Source: Azolla caroliniana
Taxonomy: Eukaryota > Plantae > Polypodiophyta
Reading direction: 5' to 3'
DNA length: 64,000 nt
Assembly: GCA_043228905.1 (NCBI GenBank)
Contig: JBHGNT010000004.1
Span: 16,430,001 to 16,494,000, forward strand
Every line of letters starts with the position of its first letter. Positions within the stretch are counted from its first letter, which is position 1. The notes below the pieces were generated by a model. The model saw only the letters and a list, made by a program, of their open reading frames with translations. It was not told the DNA's origin and searched no databases. Shown piece by piece: positions 34,782 through 47,471 of the stretch. The translations under genes were made by a program, and so were the position numbers.

Positions 34782-37700
34782 TGTTACCCTGTACGAGATG
34801 TACGGAGAGTCAAGTGTGATGAGCGAGGGTCGAATGTTATCATGATGTTGTGTATGTGTAGGGGGCATAAATGTAATTGTGAGTCTATACGTATGTGAAC
34901 ACATGCACACGTGTGTGCATGTGGATGGATACGAGGAGGTGTGAGTGAGTGTCCAATATGAATGCTCGAGGGGGCTTACACCCCTATGTATCTACCCCCT
35001 CTTGTACTATTTAACCCCTTATGGGGAATGAATGAAACATGAATAACCATTTCTCTCTCTCTCTCTCTCTCTCTCTTTGACATCTTTCTCTCTCTCCCCC
35101 CTTAACATTGAACCCCCTTGAGAGGGGGGTGGAGCCATTCTAGGCACCACCCCCCACCCCGCAATGCTTCTCAATGCTTGTCTTGCATCTTCATGATCTC
35201 TCACCATCATACCATTCATCATCTCCACAATTACACAATGTCTATCTTCATCATCAATCATCATCATTATCATTCTCATTAACCCTAACCCTAAAAACCT
35301 ACAACACCTTTTGGCAACCATGATGGCGACCCCCCTTTGGAGACGGAGTCGAAGAATGATACGTGGCGATGCAAGTCAATAATGACAAAATATGCAAGAA
35401 ATGGTGATGGTGATTGAAAGCCGTCAAGGAATGCAACAGGGTGATGTTGTGCGCAAGGAAGATGAAGAATGTTACGTGGTGATGATCTGCAAGAAATGGA
35501 ATCGACAACAATATGCAAAAAATGGCGACCATGATGTGCATGAGAAGCAAGAAATGACAGATTGATTATCAGTGCCATGATTCTGATACAAATTAATGTC
35601 TATACAAGTGTATTTTGTTTGACATGTGATTGGTCTTTTTGGCTTGGATCTGATCGCAAAGAAAGAAGAAAAAAGCGAGGGAGAAATAAAGCCTATGATC
35701 TATGCGAGACCCAACCACCACATGTTGTATCTTCCAAAGATGCGAGAGTGCATTTCTATCCACATATGACCGGACACACATGGCCAGAAAGCAACCAACT
35801 GGACCAAAGGGAATTGTTGGAACAAAGATGGAGAAGGCAATTAAGAAAGCGAAAGAAATACAAACCGATGCGGAAAGACACGACTAGTCAAATGGCCCGG
35901 AACAAGGAACCAGAAGTACAACCAAATGGGCAGAACTCGCCGGAATGGCCGGACAACGGGCAAGAGTGGCCGGAGTGACTGGATAGCAGCCAAAGTGTCT
36001 AAGTGGCCGGACAACAGTCGGAGCAACCGTAGAGAGGTCGGATGGCCGAATAACGGCCAGACAGCGGCTGAAGAGCAACCGGGCAACAGTCTGCGCGGTT
36101 GGAGAGCGGTCGGAAGGGCCGGAAACTGGTCGGAATAACCGGATGCAGACAGGCGACCAGGACGACGGACCGGACGCACGACCGGAAGACAACAGACAAA
36201 TGGCTGGGACAATAGCTGAACAACAATAGGAGTGGCGGCAAATAATCAGTGGCGGCAGCGAAAAATTGGCGACGAAGATGGTCGGACAACAAACAGCCGA
36301 GTAAAAGCGGTCAGACAAATGACGATGCCAAACAATGGCAGAAATGGCTGGACGAACCGGACAGATGAGCGGACGGGATGGACAAGCATCAGATAGCCGA
36401 CGACCGGACAGACGGCGGGAGGAAGACTGGAATCGACGGACACGCCGGACAAAGCGACAGATGATGGCCGGAATAGCAAACATCGAATGGTTGTAGAGGC
36501 GGCCGAAAAGACACGACCAGAAGGGCCGAAGACAGAGACGGCAACCAATTGACAACCGATAGACAACAACGGCTAGACACAGCCGAACCGCGGCCAGAAC
36601 GGAGGCCGGAAGAACGACCGGATAGATGGCCAAATATTGACGAGTGAATAGAGTGGTCATGCGACGAATCTCGGCCAAAACAGGTAGCCGACTGGAGACT
36701 GGCCGGACAGGCCTAGCGACGACGAGAAAGGGAGATGGTGATGACCGACACAGAGATGAAAGGCGTCGGGACGATGAATAGCAACGACCACAGAAGCGAC
36801 AACAATGAATATAGAAGGACGGAAACGACGACGGCAACACAAAGAAGGAGATGACGTGCAAGCAAAGGGAGAGTGAAGGTCGCGTTTCCTCCCTACCCCG
36901 AAACGCAAAAACAGAACAAGGACGAAGTGGAAGAAACAGAGATAGAAGAAGAAAGAGAGAGGAGGAAAATGGAACACAAGAAGGAAAGAAGAGGGGTATA
37001 GAAGAAGAAGAAAAATAGACAGAGAAAAGAAGAAGAGAAGCGGGAAACGAAAGCAGAAAGAAGTAGAAAGAGATGAGGGATACGCACAAGAGAGAGTGTA
37101 ATAACGGACCACAACAATAACCTAGAGATAAAGACGAAGTCGGAGCATTACAAAAACAAGAAGACAGGAATGGATAAAGACGAAATTGAAGCAGAAGATA
37201 GGACGGGAAGAAAAATAGAGAAAGGGCAAGAGAGAATGATAGGGGTATGGAACATAAATTTAAAACATGAGGGTATTTGATAATATTTCAAAAACAAAGG
37301 GTAGCAACCTAAAATGTCATAAACTTGAGGGCACCAACGAAATTGTAAAAACTCATCCACCTAGAGAAATGGATGTGATCAACAACGACAACTCACACAA
37401 AATTAAAGGAAGAACACACATACACACAACGTGCTTTTGGACCCATGATGAAGTCCGTAAGCTGACAGAACGAGAATGTTTGTGTCGCGGACGATTTGCT
37501 GACCGACAAAGATGTTCGAGTCAAGCATTCCGATCGAGGGAGTCGATTGTTGAAAGGACCGATGGAAGTTCCGGTCGAAGAAATATCATCATCAAGGCAT
37601 GTGGGATCGACGTGCAAGGCACTTTCCCACGAGCGTGCCATATTGTGTTACCCTGTACGAGATGTACGGAGAGTCAAGTGTGATGAGCGAGGGTCGAATG

Positions 37701-38141
37701 TTATCATGATGTTGTGTATGTGTAGGGGGCATAAATGTAATTGTGAGTCTATACGTATGTGAACACATGCACACGTGTCTGCATGTGGATGGATACGAGG
37801 TGTGAGTGAGTGTCCAATATGAATGCTCGAGGGGGCTTACACCCCTATGTATCTACCCCCTCTTGTACTATTTAACCCCTTATGGGGAATGAATGAAACA
37901 TGAATAACCATTTCTCTCTCTCTCTCTCTCTCTTTGACATCTTTCTCTCTCTCCCCCCTTAACATTGAACCCCCTTGAGAGGGGGGTGGAGCCATTCTAG
38001 GCACCACCCCCCACCCCGCAATGCTTCTCAATGCTTGTCTTGCATCTTCATGATCTCTCACCATCATACCATTCATCATCTCCACAATTACACAATGTCT
38101 ATCTTCATCATCAATCATCATCATTATCATTCTCATTAACC
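34782..38141 (+). mobile_element. Non-coding (LARD-like) LTR element with decayed tRNA-Arg PBS and a tRNA-like hairpin instead of a PPT
   Basis: Near-identical LTRs 34782-35306 and 37646-38141 (last ~21 bp of the second deleted); PBS TGGCAACCATGA at 35312; no recognisable retroelement domains inside. Confidence 0.9.
37601..37640 (+). other. tRNA-Arg 3'-half-like hairpin ending in CCA upstream of the 3' LTR
   Basis: GTGGGATCGACGTGCAAGGCACTTTCCCACGAGCGTGCCA, 5 nt before TGTTACCC. Confidence 0.75.
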
Positions 38142-38870
38142 ATTAGGGAGCGAGCTACCCATTTGTGTGTTCATTTTGATGTACTGTCTTCCTTTTTTGA
38201 TTTCCTTCCCTTGATCACGTACTCCTTTTGGACAAGTAAAACCTTAGATTGGTTGTTGCTTGATCCACATTATGTAATGGAACTCTATGATGTTTCTCGA
38301 AGATATTTATGTTCATGTTGTTGTTCTATGATGGAAAATATTTCATGTTTATTATGTTGTTTTGTGAGACTATTAGTTACTTTGTGACTGTGAATATGTT
38401 GGTGTTTTCTGATGTTGCAGAGTCTGAAGGGTTTGAATCTATTGCTCCTAAGGCCAATGGGAGTGTTTAGAGGGCCACATCTTGAAAGTAGATGTAGCAA
38501 CTGACACAAATGATCTAGTCACGCAAGTTGATCAAGCATGTTGCACTGATGATTTGATTTTGCACATAGATGCAACATGTGATACCAGTGGGCTGATATC
38601 GACCAGATTAGTATCTACTTGCACGGAGCCAATGACTAAGTCGACAACACAAGAGCATCAGAATGTGAAGCCAGGCCCAACACAGTCAATCAGGGGTTTG
38701 AAGAGGAAAAGGACACCAATTGTGCCGACAGAACCTAAGTTGATTGAAATTGATCGTGTGCTACCAGTAATTGGTGTAACAGAGGCTCAGTTACAGGAAT
38801 GGAAACCTAAACTATTAGAATTCAAAAGAAGAGGCTTGATCTTGGTGTTTGATAAAGTCCTAATGAGTGT

Positions 38871-39790
38871 TGTTACCAGTTAGGAACATTGTCTACTCTC
38901 GGTCCTTTGAGGTAGACTTCAAGGTGATTGTGGTGCAAGGAATAGATCCGTATGTGCGTGAATCGTAGCTAGCTGACAAAGCAAAGCGTATCGTTTGGGT
39001 GTGAAGGGAGACGGCTACAACCGAAGCTCACCAATGCATGATCTCATATACACACTTACCCTACACTTACTAGCCCACAGTTACAACAAAGTACAACACC
39101 TAATTAGTAGACAACTTGCACCGACAAGGAAATCAGAGAAGATAGTACTATATTACAGAAGGTATCTCTCCAAATACACGCTAGCTTTTTATAGAGGATT
39201 TATGCCCTTTATATAAACAGGGCTTTTAGTCCGTTATGCTCCTTGTGTGAACCATTACATGTGTTTCTTTAACGCTTGTAATAATATATTCTATTCGTTT
39301 AAGCGTTACGTCCGGCGGTTACCATTCCGGCGGACAACACCTGGCACGTCGGACCCATCCCTCTCCTCATCATTCAAAATGTCCAGGATGTTCGGCTCCA
39401 TCCGTACGACATGGTCCGGAGACGGCGTGATGTCCGTAGGTGCTTCATTGTTCGGCTCGACCGGCTCATCCAATTGTGTGTCGTCCACTTCACGATCATT
39501 GAGGAGCTCTATTGGGCAACAAAAACAACACCACATGTATTCGTAAAGAAATTTTGCCGTGGATGCCGCCGTATTATCCCGTAACTCTTTTGCTTCTACC
39601 CACTTAGTGCAATGATCCATGGCTACGAGAATATACTTATTGCCGGTGTATGTTGTTGCCGGCGTAAAGGGACCGACAAAATCCAGACCCCATTTCTGGA
39701 ATGGATCCAGTGGAAGAACCGGTTGGTGTGGCATCCTTGCGAGCTCCGTAGGTTGCCCCAACCGTTGACATAGATCACACTGACTACAGT
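38871..39790 (-). mobile_element. Gypsy remnant related to 21808-31937 (3' LTR ~38871-39310, deleted integrase)
   Basis: ORF 39306-39761 (GQPTELARMPHQPVLPLDPFQKWGLDFVGPF) matches 26404-26799; LTR-like segment with a minus-strand TATA. Confidence 0.75.
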
Positions 39791-39795
39791 ACCCT

Positions 39796-41680
39796 CTACA
39801 TCACCTTCATCGAGCGTTACGCGTGGATCTTCCCGATGAAGAAGAAGAGCGAAGTGTTCTCCCACTTCCAAAAGCTCAAGGGCCAAGTCGAAAAAGAAAC
39901 CGGTCGGCACATTCGATGCCTACGATCGAATGGAGGCAAGGAGTACTTCTCTGATGAATTCACCTCCTACCTCCAAAGTGAAGGCATTCAGAGAGAATTC
40001 TCATGCCGACACGCACCCCAACAAAATGGAGTCACCGAAAGGAAGAATCGGCAAATACTCAAGGTAGTACGGGCCATGTTACATGAGAAGCACATGCCTA
40101 ACTTCTATTGGGCTGACGTGGCATCCACGGCTATCTATCTCATGAACTGGTGCACCACTAATGGAGTGCATGAGCTAACTCCATACGAGCTTCTTGTCGG
40201 AAGGAAGCCGATCCTATCGCACCTCAGGGTGTTCGGAAGCATTGTGAATGTACGCATCCCGAACGAACAACGACAGAAACCCGACGCGAAGTCGGAGAAA
40301 TGTATCCTCATAGGATACTTGTCTGAGAAGAAGGCATACAAGTGCTTCAACCCCTCGACCCGAGCGGTTCGGATAAGTCGGGATGTAGTCTTCGACGAAT
40401 CGGCATCATGGTACCCATACGAGCTTCTTGTCGGAAGGAAGCCGATCCTATCGCACCTCAGGGTGTTCGGAAGCATTGTGAATGTACGCATCCCGAACGA
40501 ACAACGACAGAAACCCGACGCGAAGTCGGAGAAATGTATCCTCATAGGATACTTGTCTGAGAAGAAGGCATACAAGTGCTTCAACCCCTCGACCCGAGCG
40601 GTTCGGATAAGTCGGGATGTAGTCTTCGACGAATCGGCATCATGGTATAAGCCTGATTCGACTCCACCCGGCCCGACCGAGGAAGATTTGAACGTCAACT
40701 CAGAGGATGATATTCGGCCAAGCCCTTCACCAAAGGACTGCCCAAGCTATACCGAGCTAAGTGGACCACCAAGCACGTCGCGGCCAAGTACAACCTCGGA
40801 CAAAGGTAAAGGTAAGATGCCCGAATACGAAGTCGATCACCCCGACGACAGTGATTCGGATGTGTCGGCTCCCTCACTAGATAGTGAGTTTGGTGTACCC
40901 ATCATGCGGACACCAGGAGTAAAGAAGGTGCTCACATCGGCGAGAGAAAAACTTCGACGTTCTTCTAGAGGGAAGAATCTCGTTGCTCGTCTTACCTACA
41001 ACGGGTACATGGCCCATCATTATGCCTTTGCGATGAAGGTGGAGGAAAAGAGCCTGAGAGCTCTACAAAAGTGACTCGTGACCCACGATGGGTGAAAGCA
41101 GTCGACCCAAGCCTTCGTCATAGGCTTGAGGGAGAGGAACCGAAATTGCCACGAAAATACTGACGCAAGCCGCACAGAAGCCGACATCGAATGTCGGACA
41201 ACGCTGAAAGCAAAACTAGATGTCGAACACATCACACTTGAGCTTGAGGGGGCGTGTTGAGAGATCAAGCTCAACTTAAGTTTAGTTAGTTAGTGAACTA
41301 TGTAACTTCGTAGTTACCTAGATAGAATCTAGTTAGAAGTGTTGATTATAACGCCTTAAATAGGACCTTGTACTTAAGTGGGATATTCTAGATCCTCCAC
41401 TCCTAAGTACATTTAATATAGGACTTACACTTTTGTACCTATATTCTCCTCACACATGTGCACCCTTGCACATGAGATCTATATATACCTCATTGTAGGT
41501 ATTTTTGTATTTGATGATGATAATACTAATTTAATATAGAATTAATCATTCCCCATCTTGTGTTGCTCATAAGTGTACTTCTCTCTCTCTTCCTCTCACG
41601 CATATCACCTAATCTTCCGCTTAACTTAATCACATAATTAGGTACTAATTAACCCTTGCCTAATTACCTAATTATTAACA
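39796..41680 (+). mobile_element. RT-less Copia derivative, copy D (integrase, PPT, 3' LTR 41255-41680)
   Basis: ORF 39836-41074 with integrase core and SH3-like region; PPT TTGAGGGGGCG; LTR of the 19710 family. Confidence 0.9.
40181..40648 (+). repeat. In-frame 234-bp tandem duplication
   Basis: 40181-40414 repeated at 40415-40648; PYELLVGRKP...FDESASWY occurs twice. Confidence 0.95.
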
Positions 41681-42668
41681 CACCTCAACAGAATGGAGTT
41701 ACTGAAAGAAAGAACAGGTCACTCATGGAAATGGCGAGGTGTATGGTCAAAAGTCAAGCTTTACCACATAGTTTCTCACTTGAGGGTGTCATGTGTGCAA
41801 CATATGTACTTAACAAGTGTCCCACTATAACATTGCACTCTATCACCGCATATGAAGCTTGACATGGCCAAAAGCCATTTGTTGCTCATCTGTGTGTTTT
41901 TGGTTGTTTGGCATATGCATTAGTGCCTAAACAACAACACAAAAATTTGGATGATAAAGTAGTGAAATGTATTTTTGTAGGATACAGTTCTAAAAGTAAA
42001 GGCTATCATCTGTATCATCCACAATCTAAACGCATTTTGGTTAGCCGTGATGTTGTTTTTGTGGAGGATGCAATTCAGTGACTTCTTTCATGTACTAAGG
42101 AGACATCAGTTAGCTCTAGAGATGTGTATGACACTTTGTTGCCTCTTTTTACAAGTGGACAATTCAGTGTTGGCCCACTAGAGGCACCTTCTCAGCCCTT
42201 GGAAGCTACTCATAATGATGCACATCATTCCATTTGATGCAAATCATTCTATTTCTGATGTAGACTTACATGATGAACTTATTAATGAGAGGGCTGATAT
42301 AGAGGAGGCAAAGGTTGTGCCTAAATGGCTGTTGCAGACTTTACGAGACAACAAATTGGATTTTCCTTTGTCATACCGTACTCATTCAAGTTATCATAGT
42401 GCTTCTTTTGCATCAGATTGTTATGTTATGGCAACCTCTAGTCTTTGTGATGACAATGAGCCTGTTTCTTTTGATGAAGCACAAAATTCTGAAAATTGGA
42501 TGGCTGCTATGCAATCAAAATATGATGTTATTATGAAGACTAGTACATGGTCTTGATGTGACCTGCCTCCTAGCAAGAAGACTATTGGCACTAAGTGGGT
42601 ATATAAGCTGAAGCGTAAACTTGATGGAACAATTGACAGGTATAAGGCTAGGCTTGTTGCGAAAGGTT
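41681..42668 (+). mobile_element. Degenerate Copia fragment of another family (integrase C-terminus to RT start)
   Basis: TPQQNGVTERKNRSL; VFGCLAY; EPVSFDEA; KWVYKLK..RYKARLVAKG. Confidence 0.88.
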
Positions 42669-43972
42669 TGGGGCATTTGCATCATTATTTGGCCATAAAT
42701 AGGCCATAAACCACAAATCCTAGAATCTCTAAAAATACAATGATACTTGAATTCACAAAACAATAATTTGGGATGCATCCAATCAACATAAACACAATTA
42801 CATATTGACTATGATTGAGCCAATCAATATATCGGTGAAAATCCAACAAACATAAAATCGTACATAATCCACGAACATAATATAAAGTTTTTAAAGAAGA
42901 AATGTAATTGAGCTTTCAGCACATACATTCTCCATGAAACAAAGAAAAGGGCATATGTGTAATTTTAATGAAACAAGGGGCCTAAGAAAACACGTAAGAG
43001 TTTTGTGTCTAAATATGTATGTAATAATAGAGCGAGAGAAAGGCATTATTTCGAAGATATGCCTGAATAGGTAGGGGTATGGTATAAATATATATATCCT
43101 ACAGATCCATATTCTTCTCCTTCTTCTCATACGAGTTTTATTTAACACAGGATTAATGGTGGATCGGAGGAACCAATCGATTCTGATTCTACAACTGAAA
43201 AACGTGTAAGTCTTCTCTCCAAACGCTGTGCTTTTTACAAGGAAAAGAAGAAGACAGAGAGAATATTAATAATCATCAAGCTTTGGGTTTTCAAAGACCC
43301 AAAAGATTTCTTATGCGGAAAAGTTGAAAAGAAGAAGAGATTAAATTTAGTCATAATTTAAGGCCAAGACCTCTTTTTGTTCTGGGTCAAGAAGAAATTC
43401 AGAAAAGAAAGAGAGGTTAAATCAACCATTGGGTCAAGAAATATTGATGGAACTCAAGCTCTGGATCAAGAATGCAGAATTAAAGCCAAACTTTTGGTGA
43501 AGAGAGAGAGAGAGAGAGGTTAAAGGAAGGTTTGGGTTCAAGAAGATTGTTTCAAATTTTGGTCAAGAGAAAAGTTATGCAATATAAACATATATAGAAC
43601 AAGCTTCGAGTAAAGACTAAAATCAGTATGATACTTGGATTCAAATTGAATTTCACATACAAAAATAACGATAAAATCAAGCTTTTGGTCAAAAGCTAAA
43701 CTTACGTACAAGATTTTGGATCAAGAACTCTCAAGGTTTTGGGTTAAGGACAAAAGTTTCCATACAAGGAAAAATTAATATCAAGTGTTGAGTCAAAGAG
43801 GAAAAATAACGATACAAATTAACAGAATGATACAACAAAGCAATTGACAAGACCAACATAAAGAAAGATTAATAAGAGGATATTACAAAGAGATTAACAA
43901 TACCATATAAAGAGATATCAACCTTTGGGTCAAAGATCAAAATTTTGATCATACATAAATATATAAACATTT

Positions 43973-46900
43973 ATGGCCAGCAGAGATGCTATTTCAAGTA
44001 GTTCTAATGTGGAGACTTCACCCCTTCTACAAGGGAGATCTAGTGAGGATGAAGAAGAGCCCATCACCAATAGGCCTTCTTCACCAAGAAGAGGGCGACT
44101 TTCTAGGCTCATAAGGCTAATGAGCGGCACTGGTGCCAGTGCCAGAAACACTGGGAGAGGAATAATGAGAGAACCATCAGTTCTTGTGAGAGAGACTGCG
44201 GCAGAGCATCTTGAAGAAAGACAGAGTGATTGGGCTTACTCTAAGCCTATTGTTATATTAGACCTTCTCTGGAACCTTTCCTTCGTCATTGTCGCCATTG
44301 TGGTGCTTATCCTGAGTAGGATTGAAAGACCCAGTAATCCTTTGAGGCTGTGGATTGCAGTTTATGCCGCCCAATGTTGTGTTCATATGGCTTGTGTTTG
44401 TTTAGAGTATAGGCGGCGCCAACAGCGGTCCATTAATGCTAATACTAGTAGTGCTGCTACTACTACTACTACTACTACCACCACTAATACCAATGTGGAG
44501 AGGCCCCCAAGGATCAGCGAAAATGATGATGGTGATGAGACTTTTGATGAATTCAGATCCACCCGGATAAGGTTAGTGTTTCAGTTTTTTCTTTTCTTTT
44601 CTGTTAACATATTAGATTTTTCTGTTTCAAAAATAGGAAAATTTCATATTATATTAATTTAACTTATTTGAATATGAGTCACTCATACATACATATGGCA
44701 TATATATGGATATGCGCGTGTACATATAGATATGCGTGTATACATATAGATATGCATGTGTACGTGTATGTTGTGTTAACCAAATATTAAAATCAATGAA
44801 ATGATTTCCCATAAGCAAAAAGTTTACTTGAAAGCCAGCCATATTTTATACATGGATGCCCTCTTATCATTAAACTAAACTGGGATATAGAATCCCAAAC
44901 AGTTATAGAAAAGAAGATAAATAGACCATGAAATTGGAGAATTACCAAACCCAAACTTCCAGATCCAGTTAAATCTTTGTGAATGTACGTCATATTTATA
45001 TTGAACTCAAATGCTCTTTAACAATGCCTTTTTCACCTGCACCACAAATTTTACATATTTATAGACTCAAATATCATAATACAAGATGAATTCATAACTC
45101 ATTTTTTAAATTGATTTTACCACAATCATAGAAAGTGGATGGAATCAGCTAAGATGCATTTCTTGTTTATTTGGTTGAGTCTTGAAGTTCTACAGGATGA
45201 AGTTCTAATGCTTTTGTATCGACTTTTCTAGGATTGTAAAACGGATAGAATCAGCAAATACCTCTTTCTCATTTATCTGGTGGATTATCGGCTTCTATTG
45301 GACAACCACAGGAACCCAGCCTCATGATGCACCACTTTTGTTTTGGTATGCTAGTATGCCATATTTAATCACCAATATTATGTAGCTAAATACTATGTAA
45401 TAGATATTTTGTTCATTTATTTATTGGAATTCAGTTTCTGTCATTGGATTTTGACAGGCTTTGCGTGGGATTTCTAGCGTTTGATGTCTTCTTTGTAGTC
45501 TTCTGTGTCTCTTTGGCGTGCATAATAGGGATTGCTGTATGTTGTTGTTTACCATGCATTATTGCCATAATGTATGCAGTAGCAGAGCAGGTAATGTATA
45601 TATGTGTATTTGTAATTAATAACACATTAGTAATTTGGTAATAAGCTATAATTTCCATGAAGGAATAGAAAATTGATTACCAATTAATCAACACCAATTC
45701 AGTATAAATTTGCTTTTTCCATAAAATCAATGGCAAATTGGTTTTAGCCTTGAAATCAGAGTATCTTTTAAGTAAATTTGGATATTTATAACAATTTCTT
45801 GTGCGATTTTCCCAAAACTTTATCACATGTAAAGATGATGTTGAAATGAAATTTTGTCACATGATTTTGTTTTGCTTTGTATTTATCATCTTGAATGATG
45901 ATGCCAATAGGAAGGTGCTTCAGAAGAAGACATCGATTTATTGCCGAAATATAAGTTTCGACAAAGTGGGAGCTACATGAACACTGGAGATGTAATGAGG
46001 TCATCTGGTGGAGTAATGAGCCCAGTTGATTCCACATCTGGTGCTCCTGCAGAACGCGTTCTTTCCGCTGAAGATGCTGTATGAGTACATAATCCCTAAG
46101 CTTAACGTTTTCTATATTTTTTATGTTTGTTCTTTGGTTTTTTGGAGTATCTGAAATTTCTTATGTTTTTCCTTGTATACTTTATTTCCTGTCTTTAGCA
46201 TGTGTATTATTATCATTGAGATTGAGATACTGAAATATGTGATTATTGAATCTTTTTTTTCCGGAAACATAAACATCAGCGATAACTTGAAATCCCAATA
46301 ATCAATACTAGCATTCCTTGGAATCAAAAGAGATATTTCTGAATCCCGTCTTCCTATCTATGAAGTGATCAGTCAAACGGGTAAAAGCATTTCATCTTGA
46401 CCTTGAAAACATTGATACAGAACACTGCTCCTGAGAGCAAATCTTAGATTATCATCTTAAAATATCTTGTCAGTACATAGCTGATATAAAGTTTTAAATT
46501 AAATAGTAGATTATCGATGATATTTTCATTGCAGAGAATACAAACTATAAACAAGGAACCTAGTTCTTATCCATGCCTACACAGTCAGTCACATGGCAGC
46601 ATTTTTGAAAACATTGGCAAAATATTCAAATAAGCATTTTTCCCAGCAAAATTATTTAGGTAGTGAGTTTGGGATTACATATGAGCTCATCCTAGCAAAA
46701 GTTTTTTTGTGTGCACAAACTTAAAACTTTCCATAATGATAACAATACTCATACTCTCTGTTCACACTAGGTCCCAAAAGCTAGAGAATGTGATATTTTA
46801 AAATTGTGTGATTTAATGTCATGTATATGAGCATGTTATCCTTAGTTTTAGTGTGTCATATGATGTGAATTTCAAGGGAGTCCAAGTCATAGTTTTTTGT

Positions 46901-47471
46901 ACTTAAGATAGCCATGTGGAGTTGTCATAAAAAATTATCTATACTCCATCCAAATTGTTTGTGGAGATGATAATGTCATGATAGACTTTAGAAATCATGG
47001 CGCTGTGCAAACACGATTACAGTTTCTTTGACATGTCTCATGTTTCTTTGTTTTTTCCCCTTTTTTAAGCGTTTCTTTTTTTACACATTCTTTCTACCAT
47101 TGTTTTTAGTTTTGATCATACGAAAATGGAAATTTATGTGACACCCTTTTTCATTCATGTTTGCTTGCAAATTGAGCTTATTATAGCGAAGATTTTATTT
47201 AAGTATTACATTATGCATCTCCTGCATGCAATACATCTTTTGAAAGTCATGGTGTGATACGCATTTTTTGACAAAGTTGTCTGTGATTTTGATACAGGAA
47301 TGTTGTATATGTATTTCTTCGTACGAAGATGGTGTGGAGATTCGAGAGCTCCCATGTGGACACCATTTCCATTGTGCTTGTATTGACCGATGGTTGCATA
47401 TGAACTCGACTTGTCCGCTTTGCAAGCTTAATATCTCAAAAGGGCATAGTGTTGGTAATGAAAATGTATAG
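43973..47471 (+). CDS. Membrane-associated RING-H2 E3 ubiquitin ligase (At1g63170/At4g11680/At1g12760-like family), 5 coding exons, 395 aa
   Basis: Exons 43973-44571, 45232-45345, 45458-45590, 45911-46078 and 47298-47471 with GT-AG introns give an open 1188-nt frame. Motifs [50 protein letters not shown] and the RING-H2 CCICISSY...[16 protein letters not shown]...CPLC. Confidence 0.96.

Noticed and set aside
35884-37089. 401-aa minus-strand ORF
   Set aside because: Low-complexity product of strand-skewed GA-rich and CCGG-repeat sequence; no recognisable domain.
44572-44662. C-terminal extension of the 229-aa ORF
   Set aside because: Read-through into intron 1; the family-conserved frame resumes at 45232.
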